A model generated the notes under the pieces. It had not been told where the DNA came from and ran no database searches. It saw only the letters and a list, made by a program, of their open reading frames with translations. A stretch of 63,962 nucleotides of DNA, counting the filler, from Octopus bimaculoides (Eukaryota), in the NCBI RefSeq assembly GCF_001194135.2. It is 7 parts of 6 records of this genome, joined end to end, with 100 filler letters (N's around TTAATTAATTAA, not from the genome) between each part and the next. Parts side by side here need not be neighbours in the genome. Positions count along the whole stretch, not along the records: positions 17,976 to 35,814 come from NC_068982.1; positions 35,915 to 53,343 come from NC_068981.1; 5 more parts are not named here. The stretch is one strand, 5' to 3'. Positions 25,169 through 35,958 of the stretch are shown here, in pieces (positions within the stretch are counted from its first letter, which is position 1; every line of letters starts with the position of its first letter). The position numbers were made by a program, and so were the translations under genes.

Positions 25169-26281
25169 AGTACTACTAAAGAAGAGTGGTCCCCAACGTG
25201 CACCCGCGCTAGCTAGTCGTGAGTAGTCGATCCTACAAGTGCGCGTGTGCGTGTGTGTGAGTGCGCACATGCAAATGAATACATGTGTGCACGTAAGCAA
25301 ATTAGTACATGCGCGCTCTTTTTACGGCTGAAATGGCTGAATATATATCAAAAATACCTTTTTTTTTGTAAACAAATATAATAATTAAACAAAGTAAATA
25401 ACTTTTTTTAATTAAATTTTTTTTTTCTAAACAACGTAAATAAATAAAAAAAAACAAATCGAATAAAAATAACACACTACCTGTTTTTGTTAACTTCATA
25501 CATTTTCAAATTCAACTTCCAAGAAAGCTATCCAAATCGCACATGGTTGTCAAGGTCTAGAATTCTTGACCGTTGGAATCACGGCCAAATTTGAGCATGC
25601 GCAAATCAAAAAAAAAAATTTCCAAGGATTGGCTTAAGAAATATCATTTCTACGGAAAACCTGGTGCTAAGCAGTTCGCTTAACAATTGTTTCGATAGAG
25701 AGCCTTGTGCTAAAAAGTTTACTAGGATTTGTTGACATTGGTAATTTATTGTAAACATGATTTATGATATGTTGCCTTACATTCAAGATTTTGATGCAGC
25801 TTATTCATTTCTAAAAATGAAGAAAGTTCTGAATTGTGTAAGTCCCCGATGTTCACATTGCCAGAAAGGTAGTGTGTCGATTTGTTTTTTTTATCTATTT
25901 ACGTCGTTAGGGTTAGAGCTAGGGTCAGTGTTAGGATTAGGGTTAGCATTAGGATTAGGGTTAGGATTAGAATTAAGGTTAGTGTTAGGATTAGGGTTAA
26001 GGTTACTTTTTAAAAAATTATTTACTTTGTTTACAAAAAATTGTTTAATTATTATATTTATTTACAAAAAAAAAGGTATTTTTGATATATATTCAGCCAT
26101 TTCAGCCGTAAAAGAGAGCACATGCGCGCATGTACTAATTTGCATATGCGCGCATGTATTCATTTGCATACGCGCACTCGCACATGTGCACTTGTTGTAG
26201 GATCGACTACTCACGACTAGCTAGCGCGCACCCACGCAGTCGCGCGTGTGTGCGTTGGGGCCACTCTTCTTTAGTAGTACC
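25169..26281. mobile_element. Non-autonomous foldback DNA transposon with a 9-bp TSD (Merlin-like or MULE-like)
   Basis: Termini are AGTACTACTAAAGAAGAGTGG and CCACTCTTCTTTAGTAGTACC. The TSD GTAAAAGTG lies at 25160-25168 and 26282-26290. The arms are about 320 bp. An internal ORF starts MIYDMLPYIQDFDAAYSFLKMKKVLNCVSPRCSHCQK. Confidence 0.75.
25907..26005 (+). repeat. Degenerate telomere-like (TTAGGG/TTAGGA) array
   Basis: ttagggttagagctagggtcagtgttaggattagggttagcattaggattagggttaggattagaattaaggttagtgttaggattagggttaagg. Confidence 0.85.
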
Positions 26282-26384
26282 GTAAAAGTGAATTAGCCCC
26301 GGAGATTCAGCATGGAAAATTACATCAATACACCAAATATTAAAATTTTCACTAAACTTTAGAATTTCCACTAGTGCACCCAAA

Positions 26385-27240
26385 TGAGCCTCGTCGGCGC
26401 TCCTTTAGAAACGTACCTCTCCAATAAAATGAAGTATAATGAAGAAAAATGTTATGAAAATGGAAAATATATACAAAGTAAATAATGTATCCAAAAAAAT
26501 CAGGAAGATTCATCCATTATGAATATTTTATACTAAAAAAATAATACAGAAACAGGCACTTGTGGAATACAAACATTTCGGACGATAGAAGGGGTGGTAA
26601 TCTACTTTTATCAATTAGGTATTATTAATGATACGAGGGGTCCAACAATGTCGTTTGCAAATTCTTGATTGTTTTTAATCAGATTTTTTTTTTACTGTGC
26701 ATACTCGTTAGGGTTAGAGCTAGGGTCAGTGTTAGGATTAGCATTAGGATTAGGGTTAGGATTAGAATTAAGGTTAGTGTTAGGATTAGGGTTAAGGTTA
26801 CTTAGGTTTAGAGTTAGGATTAGGGTTGGGGTTAAGTGGTGTGCACACGCATACCTTCGCCCAATTTTACGACAGAAATAATTATAAAGCAACAGAGCAA
26901 ATATGCTTAAGGCATACGCAAGTTTTTCAAGAAACAGATTGTGAAACGGTCTTCTTACAATTCGCAGACGATATTGTCGGGCCTCTCGCATCATTAATAA
27001 TACCTGATTGGTAAAAGTAAATTACCGCACCTTGAATCGTCTGACATGTTTGTTTATATTCCACAAATGCCCGCTTCCCGTTTCTGTTTTTGAATAAAAT
27101 ATTTACAAATGGATTAATCTTTCTAATTTTTTTGTATACGTTATTTATTTTATATATATTTTCCTTTTTATAACTTTTTTCTTCATTGCATGTCATTTAA
27201 TTGGAGAGGTGCGTTCCTAAAGCAAACCGACGAGTTGGCC
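26385..27240. mobile_element. Second foldback element (arms about 280 bp, diverged) with a telomere-like block in the loop
   Basis: 26385-26670 (ctttagaaacgtacctctccaat...ggtattattaatgatacgagggg) is the reverse complement of 26950-27240. Confidence 0.7.
26708..26835 (+). repeat. Degenerate telomere-like array, near-identical to 25907-26005
   Basis: The same order of variant units (ttagagctagggtcagtgttaggattag...) is extended by aggtttagagttaggattagggttggggttaag. Confidence 0.85.
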
Positions 27241-28611
27241 TCACTTTTATCCTTTATATCTTGTAGTAAACTCATAAGAGGCGGAGAGAGAACGTAAGTT
27301 CATTTGCCCGAACATGAGAAATTATTGATTTCTCATTGGTTAAAAATTACTGCCCATATACGAATTATGAACTTCGTTGAAGAAATCTTTCACGGGATTA
27401 CGGTTCTATGATTCGTGTATGAGTAGTTATAAAAACCCTGATTTTCGGCAAAATCTCCAGTGATCGTTGAATGTTACTCATGTCCACGACGCTCACCCTT
27501 TTGAGTATAGGCTAATATATATGCCATGTTCAATACTCAAATCCGACAGTATTGAATTGTCGTGAAACCTTGTTAGTTAGAATGAGAAACTAGTTAATAA
27601 TAAATTTAAGTCGTAAATTCTCTACGATGAAATGCTTTGTTTCTAAATTTCTATAAATGTAAAAATATGTATATAATAAATTAATGTAGAAACTTAATTC
27701 CTTTTACTTCTCGTTTCTTTCAACTTGTTGAATTTATTTCTGTATATTAATGAAATTATTTTTTTATGTGTAACGGTCAAAAAAATATAATCTATATCTT
27801 CAACATACATGCACGTAATAAACGCTCATTCAATGTCTTGTCATGTATACATCATAACATTTACGCAGCCTAAACTAAACTAAGAGTTATGCTTAGTGAT
27901 AAATACTTATAATTGAGTTATAAGTAACGAAATTATCATTATAGCTTTTAATTGATAAACAATAATGTTCGTTATAACTTACGAATGAAAACATTATAAA
28001 TAAAGATATAGTATATCTCACATTTCAACGACCTGTTGTTGTGATAAACAACCAACATAAAAAAAACTGATGTCCGACCTGTTATACACATAAAAATCTC
28101 AAGCATCAACAAACAGGATTTATTAAAAGAGTGCCTGGAAATATACAATAATAAACAGACATAATCGCCAGACCTAGTTGTGTATGAAGTAAATTTACCT
28201 CACTTCGCCATGCTGAGGAGAGTTACATAAACATTTATACAAGAAAGATAAATCCTGGTTGGAACCCATTTACCACCACAACTCTGATTTATTGTTAGAT
28301 TTAGATTTATTAGAAATATATTGACATATCGATATATACATATATTCTAGTACTGAATGGGACGCTTTGATTATTTCATTACAGAATAGCAGTTGTGAGT
28401 TGTTTATAATTTTTTTTCTTTGATGATGAAGTCATTATTTTAACTTCCACTTTCCACATGTCAACTTACAACTTGCAAAGTTAAAAAAAAAAAACTATTT
28501 ACTGTTTTATTCCTTGTTTCTCATCTACTTACATTCTAAGTTACTTCGTCGTTCACTTCGATTCAATTTATTGTCAGTATATACAAATATATAACAATAT
28601 ACACTCACAAA

Positions 28612-28706
<95 letters not shown>

Positions 28707-28987
28707 AAAACTGCAAGAAACAATCGTAATTTAACTTTTGGGAAGAGCAACAATAAAAAAACTGACAATAATTAAAGGACATCGATAACTTAGAATATTA
28801 TTATACATCCAATAATTTCTTCTCTGTTTTGCTGCCTGGAGTTGGAAATATGTTAAAAAAACAAACTATTTAATGTTAATTAATGGTAATTACACTGTTT
28901 TAGTAGAGTGACAAATGTAATGTACATAAAGTTGTCAAAGGCACAACTTCTTTTCTACAATAATAAAAACAGTTTGCAAGAAAGACG

Positions 28988-29767
28988 ATGAAAGCGGCAG
29001 ATACGAGTTCGGAAAAAAAAGACGGCAAAGAATTACAAAGTGAGTCTGGTGGTGGTGATGATGATGATGATGAAAGTGGTGATGGGGGAGGTGATAATTC
29101 CCGAAGGAAAATGATAGTTACTAGGGCTTCTCGGCGCCAGTGTCGACAAGACACCAACATAAGTGAAGGTGTTGATGGCGGGAAGAAAGAAGTGGATGAA
29201 GGGTTCAAGACGACAGATGTGAAGGATGTTAATCTAACAGAAAAATATGACCGGAAAAAACGACAACCTCCTCCGATAAACAATAAAAGTTGGTCTTCTG
29301 ACGAGAAGACCCTCGATAAGAACAGTACTGATGGTAGTTCGGTAACGAGGGCAAATGAAACTATGAAAAACGAAAACACTCTTGCGGTAACTACTAGATC
29401 GGGTGGGAGAAATGGTCATTCAGTGACAACGTCTTCTAAAGCAGTGACAAGAACTAAAGCTATTCCCACCATGAAATCCTCTGCTCGCTTCAAAGCGACG
29501 AAAAAAAAGAAAAGGAAGCGGAAGAAGTGCAATGAGTGGCAAATGTACGATGAGTCCGGATGTTTGATATCTACGGGTATAGATATGTGTGACTGTTTGG
29601 ATATGGATTGTCCCGGCTGTCATTTCCCTTGTCTGAAATGTGGCTCGGAGAAATGCGGTACGGAATGTCGCTGTGAACGACCCTGGCTTTACGAAGAGGT
29701 CAAAATCGAAGGTTCTGAACTCGTAATTATAAATCCTACCTTAGAAAACAAAATGAAATCAAACTAA
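28988..29767 (+). CDS. ARL14EP: ARL14 effector protein-like (ARF7EP C-terminal Cys-rich domain), 259 aa, intronless
   Basis: The C-terminus YDESGCLISTGIDMCDCLDMDCPGCHFPCLKCGSEKCGTECRCERPWLYEEVKIEG matches the ARL14EP/C11orf46 pattern YD..G.L.....D.CDCL...C.GC...C..CGS.KCG..CRC.R.W.YE.I.IEG. There is an in-frame TAA at 28964, A at -3 of the ATG, and AATAAA at 30045. Confidence 0.9.
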   Translation: MKAADTSSEKKDGKELQSESGGGDDDDDESGDGGGDNSRRKMIVTRASRRQCRQDTNISEGVDGGKKEVDEGFKTTDVKDVNLTEKYDRKKRQPPPINNKSWSSDEKTLDKNSTDGSSVTRANETMKNENTLAVTTRSGGRNGHSVTTSSKAVTRTKAIPTMKSSARFKATKKKKRKRKKCNEWQMYDESGCLISTGIDMCDCLDMDCPGCHFPCLKCGSEKCGTECRCERPWLYEEVKIEGSELVIINPTLENKMKSN

Positions 29768-30619
29768 CTGAAAAATACATGGCACTTCTTTTAAGACTCA
29801 GTTTCGATATCCTATACAAGGCAAAGTAACTAAGATTGTGATGTTGAGTCATTTATACATCACTAAAAGCTTCATTTTCATGTGATGTATTTAAGCGAAG
29901 CAACATTAACAGAACCCAGTCCTTTGCACCAGGAATTCTGAAACATAAATCTCATCCATTGTAACCCTCTGCCACCCGTCTCACCTTCAACCCTATGCCA
30001 TTACCCAGGCGGGTGTATCTGACAATGCTATTGGTATTTATAACAATAAATTCAACAACTGTAACAACCCAGCAACACTTTCATTAACCCCACTCCCCAC
30101 TTAAAAAACACTAATACCCAATTAAGAAACCTGTATTCTACAGGTTATACTTTTGCTCTGATTTGAACTCTGCACTACATACTAAGGAAATATTTCACAG
30201 CATTCCATTGGCTGTCATTTTGTAGAATCATGCAACAAAATGCCTTGTGGTATTTCTTCTGGTTCTTTATGTCCTGGGTCAACTTTGGGTCACAGAGGTC
30301 AACTTTGCCTTTCATCTATCCAGGAAATAAGTACCAGTGAAGTACCAGGGGTTGATATAACTGACTTAACTCTTTTACCTTAAAATTGCTGGCCTTATGC
30401 CTAAAGTAGAAGCACTTATACAGCATTTCTGTTGCTTTAAGTCAGGAGTTATAATTGCCTGTGGTACACGGTTTACAGCTAAGTGGACTGAGCTATGGTT
30501 ATATATATGCAATGCAGTGCTGCTGATATATGAATTGCTAACTGTCCAACACCTTAACACAGCCAACTTAGCCGTCTGAGATCCATTAGTGTTGTAATGA
30601 AAGTTACACAGATGTGTGT

Positions 30620-31030
30620 GGGTGGCCAAATGGTTAAGAACTTTGGTTTTCTATCACTGTCTTGGGTTCAATCTCACTGCTCTGCCACTTGGGCAAGTGT
30701 CTTTTACCATATGCTTGGGTTGGCCCAAGTCTTGTGAATAAAATTTGGTTGTATGGGCTGTATCTGTCAGTGTGTCCTGATAATTCTGGCTGAGAATGCT
30801 AATGTTCAGAATACTCAGCTGTAAGACTCATTGTTTTGTTTTGTTTTTATGCATATAGGGGTGTACATTTGTATGTGTGTGTGGCTGTATGCTTCCTATC
30901 CACAAGGTTTCGGGTTCAGTCACACTGCAGTGGCATCTTGGGCAAGTGTCTTCTACTGTAGCCCCGGGCTAACCACAGCTTTGTGGGTGGATTTGATTGA
31001 CAGAAAATGAAAGCATCCCATCATATATGT
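30620..31030 (+). mobile_element. Two degenerate SINE family A heads
   Basis: gggttcaatctcactgc...ttgggcaagtgtctt (about 30620-30750) and gtggctgt...cgggttcagtcacactgc...gggcaagtgtcttctactgtagcc (about 30880-31025). Confidence 0.6.
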
Positions 31031-31414
31031 ATCTATAGCTTGAGATGTGTGAGTGTGTATATGTTTGTGTTCTTGTCTTGACATCATGTATTAGTTGTAA
31101 ACAAGTGTCACTGTCATAGAAACAGTGTCATCCATTTCCAGTATTCTATGGAAACATATATGGCAGTGGGGAAATATTATCTTACTTGGAAATAGGTAAA
31201 GGTTTGCAAGAGGAAAATCATCTGATTGTAAAAATTTTGCCTCAATAAACTGTCTAACCCATGCAAGGAAGGATAAGTGGCTGTTTAAATGATGATGATG
31301 GATTTGAAAACACACACACACCCACACAAGTAAGTGCATAAATGCAAAACAAAGTGGAAAAAGATAGTACTCAAATACCAAAGGTAGAGTAATATGCAGC
31401 TTTAAATATATATA

Positions 31415-32340
31415 TATAATAACAATAATTCTAGGAAGGAATTTATAAATATTGCTACACGTGTTTCCACAAATCACATGACTTTAAAATGATTACAGTA
31501 TAGACCATGTAGTATCCATGGGTATCCAGTTGATCATTATTATTGATTCATTTCATGAGGCGATACTACATTAGTGCATGAATCAGAGTGGGATGTTTAT
31601 CCCTTCTTGCCAATATGAAGGCCAATCTAGCTATGTGGGTATTTCTGTATGTACTTGATAGGGGGAGGTCAGTGATGGGTGTAGAGGAAGGAATGGTAGT
31701 AATATGGAGATGGAGGTGTGTGTGGTGGTGTTGGATTTATTTGTTATTCATTCTGCAGATTTTAAGGATAGTCATTCATTCAGCAAATAGTAGTACATTT
31801 CGTTCTACTATTTCATTAAAGATGTGACTCTCCTCAGTAAATTCTGAACCCAACAGGTGATCAGCTGCTGCACAGTGGGATTTGTTGATTGAATTGATTA
31901 ATAGTACCCTCTTATGGTGACTTTTTCACTATTTCTGTTGGTATAGTGTGCATCATCTTAAACATTGGTATGTTCATTTATTTGTTTAGGTTCCTTATCT
32001 GTTCTATAATTTGTTACTTTCTTTCAAAATATTTTTTTCAAATTCCATGATGATATCTTGTTCCTATATTTACATGATATGACCATCTCAGAGTGTCTAT
32101 CACATTTTCCCTGGATGTGATTATTTCCAGGATTTCTTCAAGGCATCTGCAACATATGTAGTATTGCTTGATGAAATGAATCAATGATGATGATCAACTG
32201 GATGCCCACAGATACTACAATCTATACTGTAATCATCCCAAGTATACAGACTTTGATATTAAAATCATGTGATTTGTGGAAACGTGTGTAATGATGCATT
32301 AGATATTTATAAATTCCATCCTAGAATTATTATTATTATA
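31415..32340. repeat. Inverted repeat (arms about 170 bp, spacer about 570 bp)
   Basis: aattctaggaaggaatttataaatat...gtttccacaaatcacatga...tacagtatag...ggtatccagttgatcat is mirrored at about 32150-32340. Confidence 0.75.
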
Positions 32341-32555
32341 TTTATTCTACATTATATCAGTATAACCATGCAGCAACCCTGAAACATTGACCCATTAGTA
32401 TCATTAGACACTAGCCAGCATAATGAAATAGGAGCCTTATTTGCATACCCTTAACATTATCATGGCTACTGAATAAGTGTCACATATTTTTACAGATAAA
32501 TTCCTCTATTTGCATAATATCGAGGTCTCTTTCTTTCTTTTGTTGTCCTTCTTGT

Positions 32556-32598
<43 letters not shown>

Positions 32599-32657
32599 AA
32601 AGAGAGAAAAGGATAAAGAGGACAATGGCAAAGTTAGAAATATATTCTATGGATAAA

Positions 32658-32706
32658 GTCTTACGGCTGTTTCAGGGAAAATCCAATGTATCCCTTCATC
32701 GGAGAC
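32658..32706 (-). ncRNA. Minimal hammerhead ribozyme motif (antisense arm copy)
   Basis: Minus strand reads GTCT CCGATGA AGGGA-tacattggattt-TCCCT GAAAC AGCC GTA AGAC. Confidence 0.5.
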
Positions 32707-32854
32707 AGAAATAGTAGAGGAATGGATTATTATATCTATAGGAGGAGAGTTATAGTAGGAAGTGAGAGTGAGTGTGATGCACTGAAAAAAGATAAAGAAA
32801 AAACAGTACTTGGAGTGTAGCTTAGATATAATAATCCATTCCTCTACTATTTCT

Positions 32855-32903
32855 GTCTCCGATGAAGGGATACATTGGATTTTCCCTGAAACAGCTGTAA
32901 GAC
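32855..32903 (+). ncRNA. Minimal type I hammerhead ribozyme motif, U4C core variant
   Basis: GTCT(32855-58) CCGATGA AGGGA-tacattggattt-TCCCT GAAAC AGCT GTA AGAC(32900-03). Stem I is GUCU/AGAC, stem II is 5 bp, and loop III is palindromic. Confidence 0.6.
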
Positions 32904-33099
32904 TTTATCCATGAAATATATTTCTAACTTTGCTATTGTCCTCTTTATCCTTTTCTCTCTTTATACATACACACGCTAATACACGACTTATAATCCCCAA
33001 TCCTGTTTATACAATGAATGGGGCAAAACTAGCCGGTATACAGCACTTACTCGGTATTACCTGTATCTTTGGGTTTGGTTAAATCCAATACCCTTCTTA

Positions 33100-33142
<43 letters not shown>

Positions 33143-33352
33143 AGTCTGGTGCAGCCTTTGAGCTTGCCAGCCCTGGTCAGATCATCCAATCCATGCCAGC
33201 ATGGGCAACAGATGTTATATGATGATGATGATGATGATATATCTGTATATATGCATGTACCTAATGTGCAGAATTCTTTCTACCATCGGATTACATTACC
33301 TTATTCGTTCGGAGTACGCACTTTCTACACCCTGATTATGTATTTATGTGCA

Positions 33353-33393
<41 letters not shown>

Positions 33394-33403
<10 letters not shown>

Positions 33404-33628
33404 AATTAATAATTATATATATAATTATATTAAAGGGACCAGGGAAAAAAATCTTTTACATGCTGAAAGTAGATGCCAAAGGCACTAAAAAACCTTTGTA
33501 TAACTACTACAAAACACTGATTTTGTTGGAGTTATACAGTGGCTTTTTAGTGCCTTTGATGTTTACATTCAGCATGTACAAAAAGGCCTTTTCCTGATCC
33601 CTTTAATATAATTATTAATTTAGTATAT
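33394..33628. repeat. Inverted repeat (arms about 100 bp, loop about 25 bp)
   Basis: taattatattaaagggaccaggg...catgctgaa...aaaggcactaaaaa...gtataact is mirrored by agttatac...tttttagtgcctttg...ttcagcatg...cctgatccctttaatataatta. Confidence 0.8.
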
Positions 33629-33811
33629 AAATTACCTACAAGGTTTGCTGCTGGCCTCTTGATATGATCATTAACATGATTTTATCCTGAATTCTATATA
33701 TTATATATATATGCATATATAAAATTAAATACTGAGGGTAGAAATTGATATTAATCAATTAAAACCAGTGGCTTAGCATATTTAAAAAATCCGAAGATTA
33801 AAATTATATCA

Positions 33812-34262
33812 CATACAAAATTAAGAGGAATGACCACCAAAGTGGACTCCTATATGCTAGAAATAGATGTCAAATCGCCTAACCACAAAGTGTATGTTCT
33901 CAAGAAAAAAATTTCAGCAAAATGCCAGATTTTAAAAATGAGCAAGACAAATGAAAATATACGAAATAAAAAAACGATTACCTATGTACCAATGGTTTCG
34001 CCTGTTAATATTTACGCATGTAAATATCTGTAGGCTCATCAGCGTAGTCTGTTGCTTACAAAATATAATTTCCATAACTAGACACAGAACACTCACCAGA
34101 AAGGGAGCATGTTTAAAGTTTTGCAAATTATATTTGGTGTATTTTTCAAATGTCTTCAATCTGGCACGCTGAGAACATACTCTTCGTGGCTAGGCGATTT
34201 GACGTCTATTTCTAGCATATAGGAGTCCACTTTGGTGGTCATTCCTCTTAATTTTGTATATG
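33812..34262. repeat. Inverted repeat (arms about 90 bp)
   Basis: catacaaaattaagaggaatgaccaccaaagtggactcctatatgctagaaatagatgtcaaatcgccta is mirrored at 34190-34262. A related copy of the motif lies at about 1620-1650. Confidence 0.85.
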
Positions 34263-34286
34263 TATATATGTGTGTGTGTGTTTGTC

Positions 34287-35210
34287 GATGATGACTCGAG
34301 TTAGTCACTTCAGTGACAACGAAGTCTGGCTGACCAGCTAGAACCTTGGTCAGAGGGAGAAATGAAGTTTACTGTCAGCTACTGTGAGACAACATTCCAC
34401 ACCCTACAACTCTCACTAGCTCTAATTCTATTCTCTTACAACATCATTCTATCTCTCTCTGTAATTACTACTAAACAATGAAGAGGACACAAACACAAAC
34501 TTTACTTCACATGCTTTTGAATTTATCATAACGTGCCCGTTGTGGCAAGGTATTGTAACGTAACAGTAAATAAATATTTCCTTAAAACTTCATGCATTGT
34601 CCATCTTTCACATCCTACAACTTGCCATTATAACAAACAAATTTTTATTGTTACAACTGCTGACTCCGACATTCCCTAATATTGTTTACAAATCAATTCC
34701 TCTCATTACAATTGGTGACCCTCAACTTCAATTAAAAAAACTTTATTGTTACAATTGGTGACCCAACGTGATAATTGTAACGATAAAGTTCTTTTAATTG
34801 AAGTCGAGGGTCACCAATTGTAATGGGAAGAATTGATTTGTAAACAATATTATGAAATTTCGGAGTCAGCAGTTGTAACAATAAAAATTTGTTGTTATAA
34901 TGGCATGTTGTAGGATGTGAAAGATGGACAATGCATGAATTTTTAAGGAAATATTCATTTTCCGTTACGTTACAATACCTTGCCTCGACGGGCAGGTTAT
35001 GATAAATTCAAAAGCATGTGAAGTAAAGTTTGTGTTTGTGTCCTCTTCATTGTTTAGTAGTAATTACAGAGAGAGATAGAATGATGTAAGAGAATAGAAT
35101 TAGAGCTAGTGGGACGTTGTCTTGCAGTTGCTGACAGTAAACTCTGACTAAGGTTCTAGCTGGTCAGCCAGACTTCGTTGTCACCCAAGTGACTAACTCG
35201 ATGAATCATC
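34287..35210. repeat. Long quasi-palindrome (arms about 450 bp, 16-nt loop)
   Basis: The centre is ctttattgttacaatt-ggtgacccaacgtgat-aattgtaacgataaag (about 34741-34788). The arms match out to gatga..tcgagttagtcac / gtgactaactcga..tcatc. Confidence 0.9.
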
Positions 35211-35499
35211 ACTAACTGCTTATTGCTTGGGGTGTTCTTACTTTTATAACTATCCAGAAGAATAGACATATTGAAAACAATAGATTTGGTTGGTGGTCTT
35301 GGTATCTCTATTCTGGGTTTTGATGGAGTAGAAAAGGTTAGAAAGGGTCAAGTGGTGAAGACATTATTTCAGCCTAGCTAAAGGCATCTGGTAAATGTAA
35401 AACTGCTGTCAGAGAAAAACTATATTCCACTGTGGGAAAAGCTCAGTTGCAGTGTTAATTTAAATTTGGCTATGGTGGATCGAATCCACTTATTGCATA

Positions 35500-35765
35500 C
35501 AAGATCCTGGTGCCGGTAACATGTAAATAGCACCATCCGAACTTGGCCGATGCCAGTGCCACCTGACTGGCTCCTGTGCTGGTGGCATGTAAAAAGCACC
35601 CACTACACTCTTGGACTGGTTGGCACTAGGAAGGGCATCTAGCTGTAGAAACACTGCCAGATCAGATTGGAGCCTGGTGTGACTGCCTAGCTTGCCAACC
35701 CTCAGTCAAACCACCCAACCCATGCCAGCATGGAAAACAGATGTTAAACGATGATGATGATGATA
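35500..35765 (+). mobile_element. Short retroposon (SINE-like family D) with a (GAT)n tail
   Basis: ggaagggcatctagctgtagaaacactgccagatcagattggagcctgg...caacccatgccagcatggaaaacagatgttaaacgatgatgatgat. Related copies lie at 31180-31300, 33140-33240, 59143-59395 (-) and 61640-61830. Confidence 0.7.
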
Positions 35766-35783
35766 TATACACACACACACACA

Positions 35784-35814
<31 letters not shown>

Positions 35815-35914
35815 NNNNNNNNNNNNNNNNNNNNNNNNNNNNNNNNNNNNNNNNNNNNTTAATTAATTAANNNNNNNNNNNNNNNNNNNNNNNNNNNNNN
35901 NNNNNNNNNNNNNN

Positions 35915-35958
<44 letters not shown>

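Larger units (their letters stand above)
32593..32968. repeat. Near-perfect inverted repeat (arms about 146 bp, loop about 84 bp), probably an inverted PLE pLTR pair
   Basis: 32593-32738 is the reverse complement of 32823-32968 with only a few mismatches. Confidence 0.9.

Noticed and set aside
25757-26881. Gly-Leu repeat ORFs (LGLGLGL) suggesting a structural or membrane protein
   Set aside because: They are translations of the telomere-like arrays inside transposon arms.
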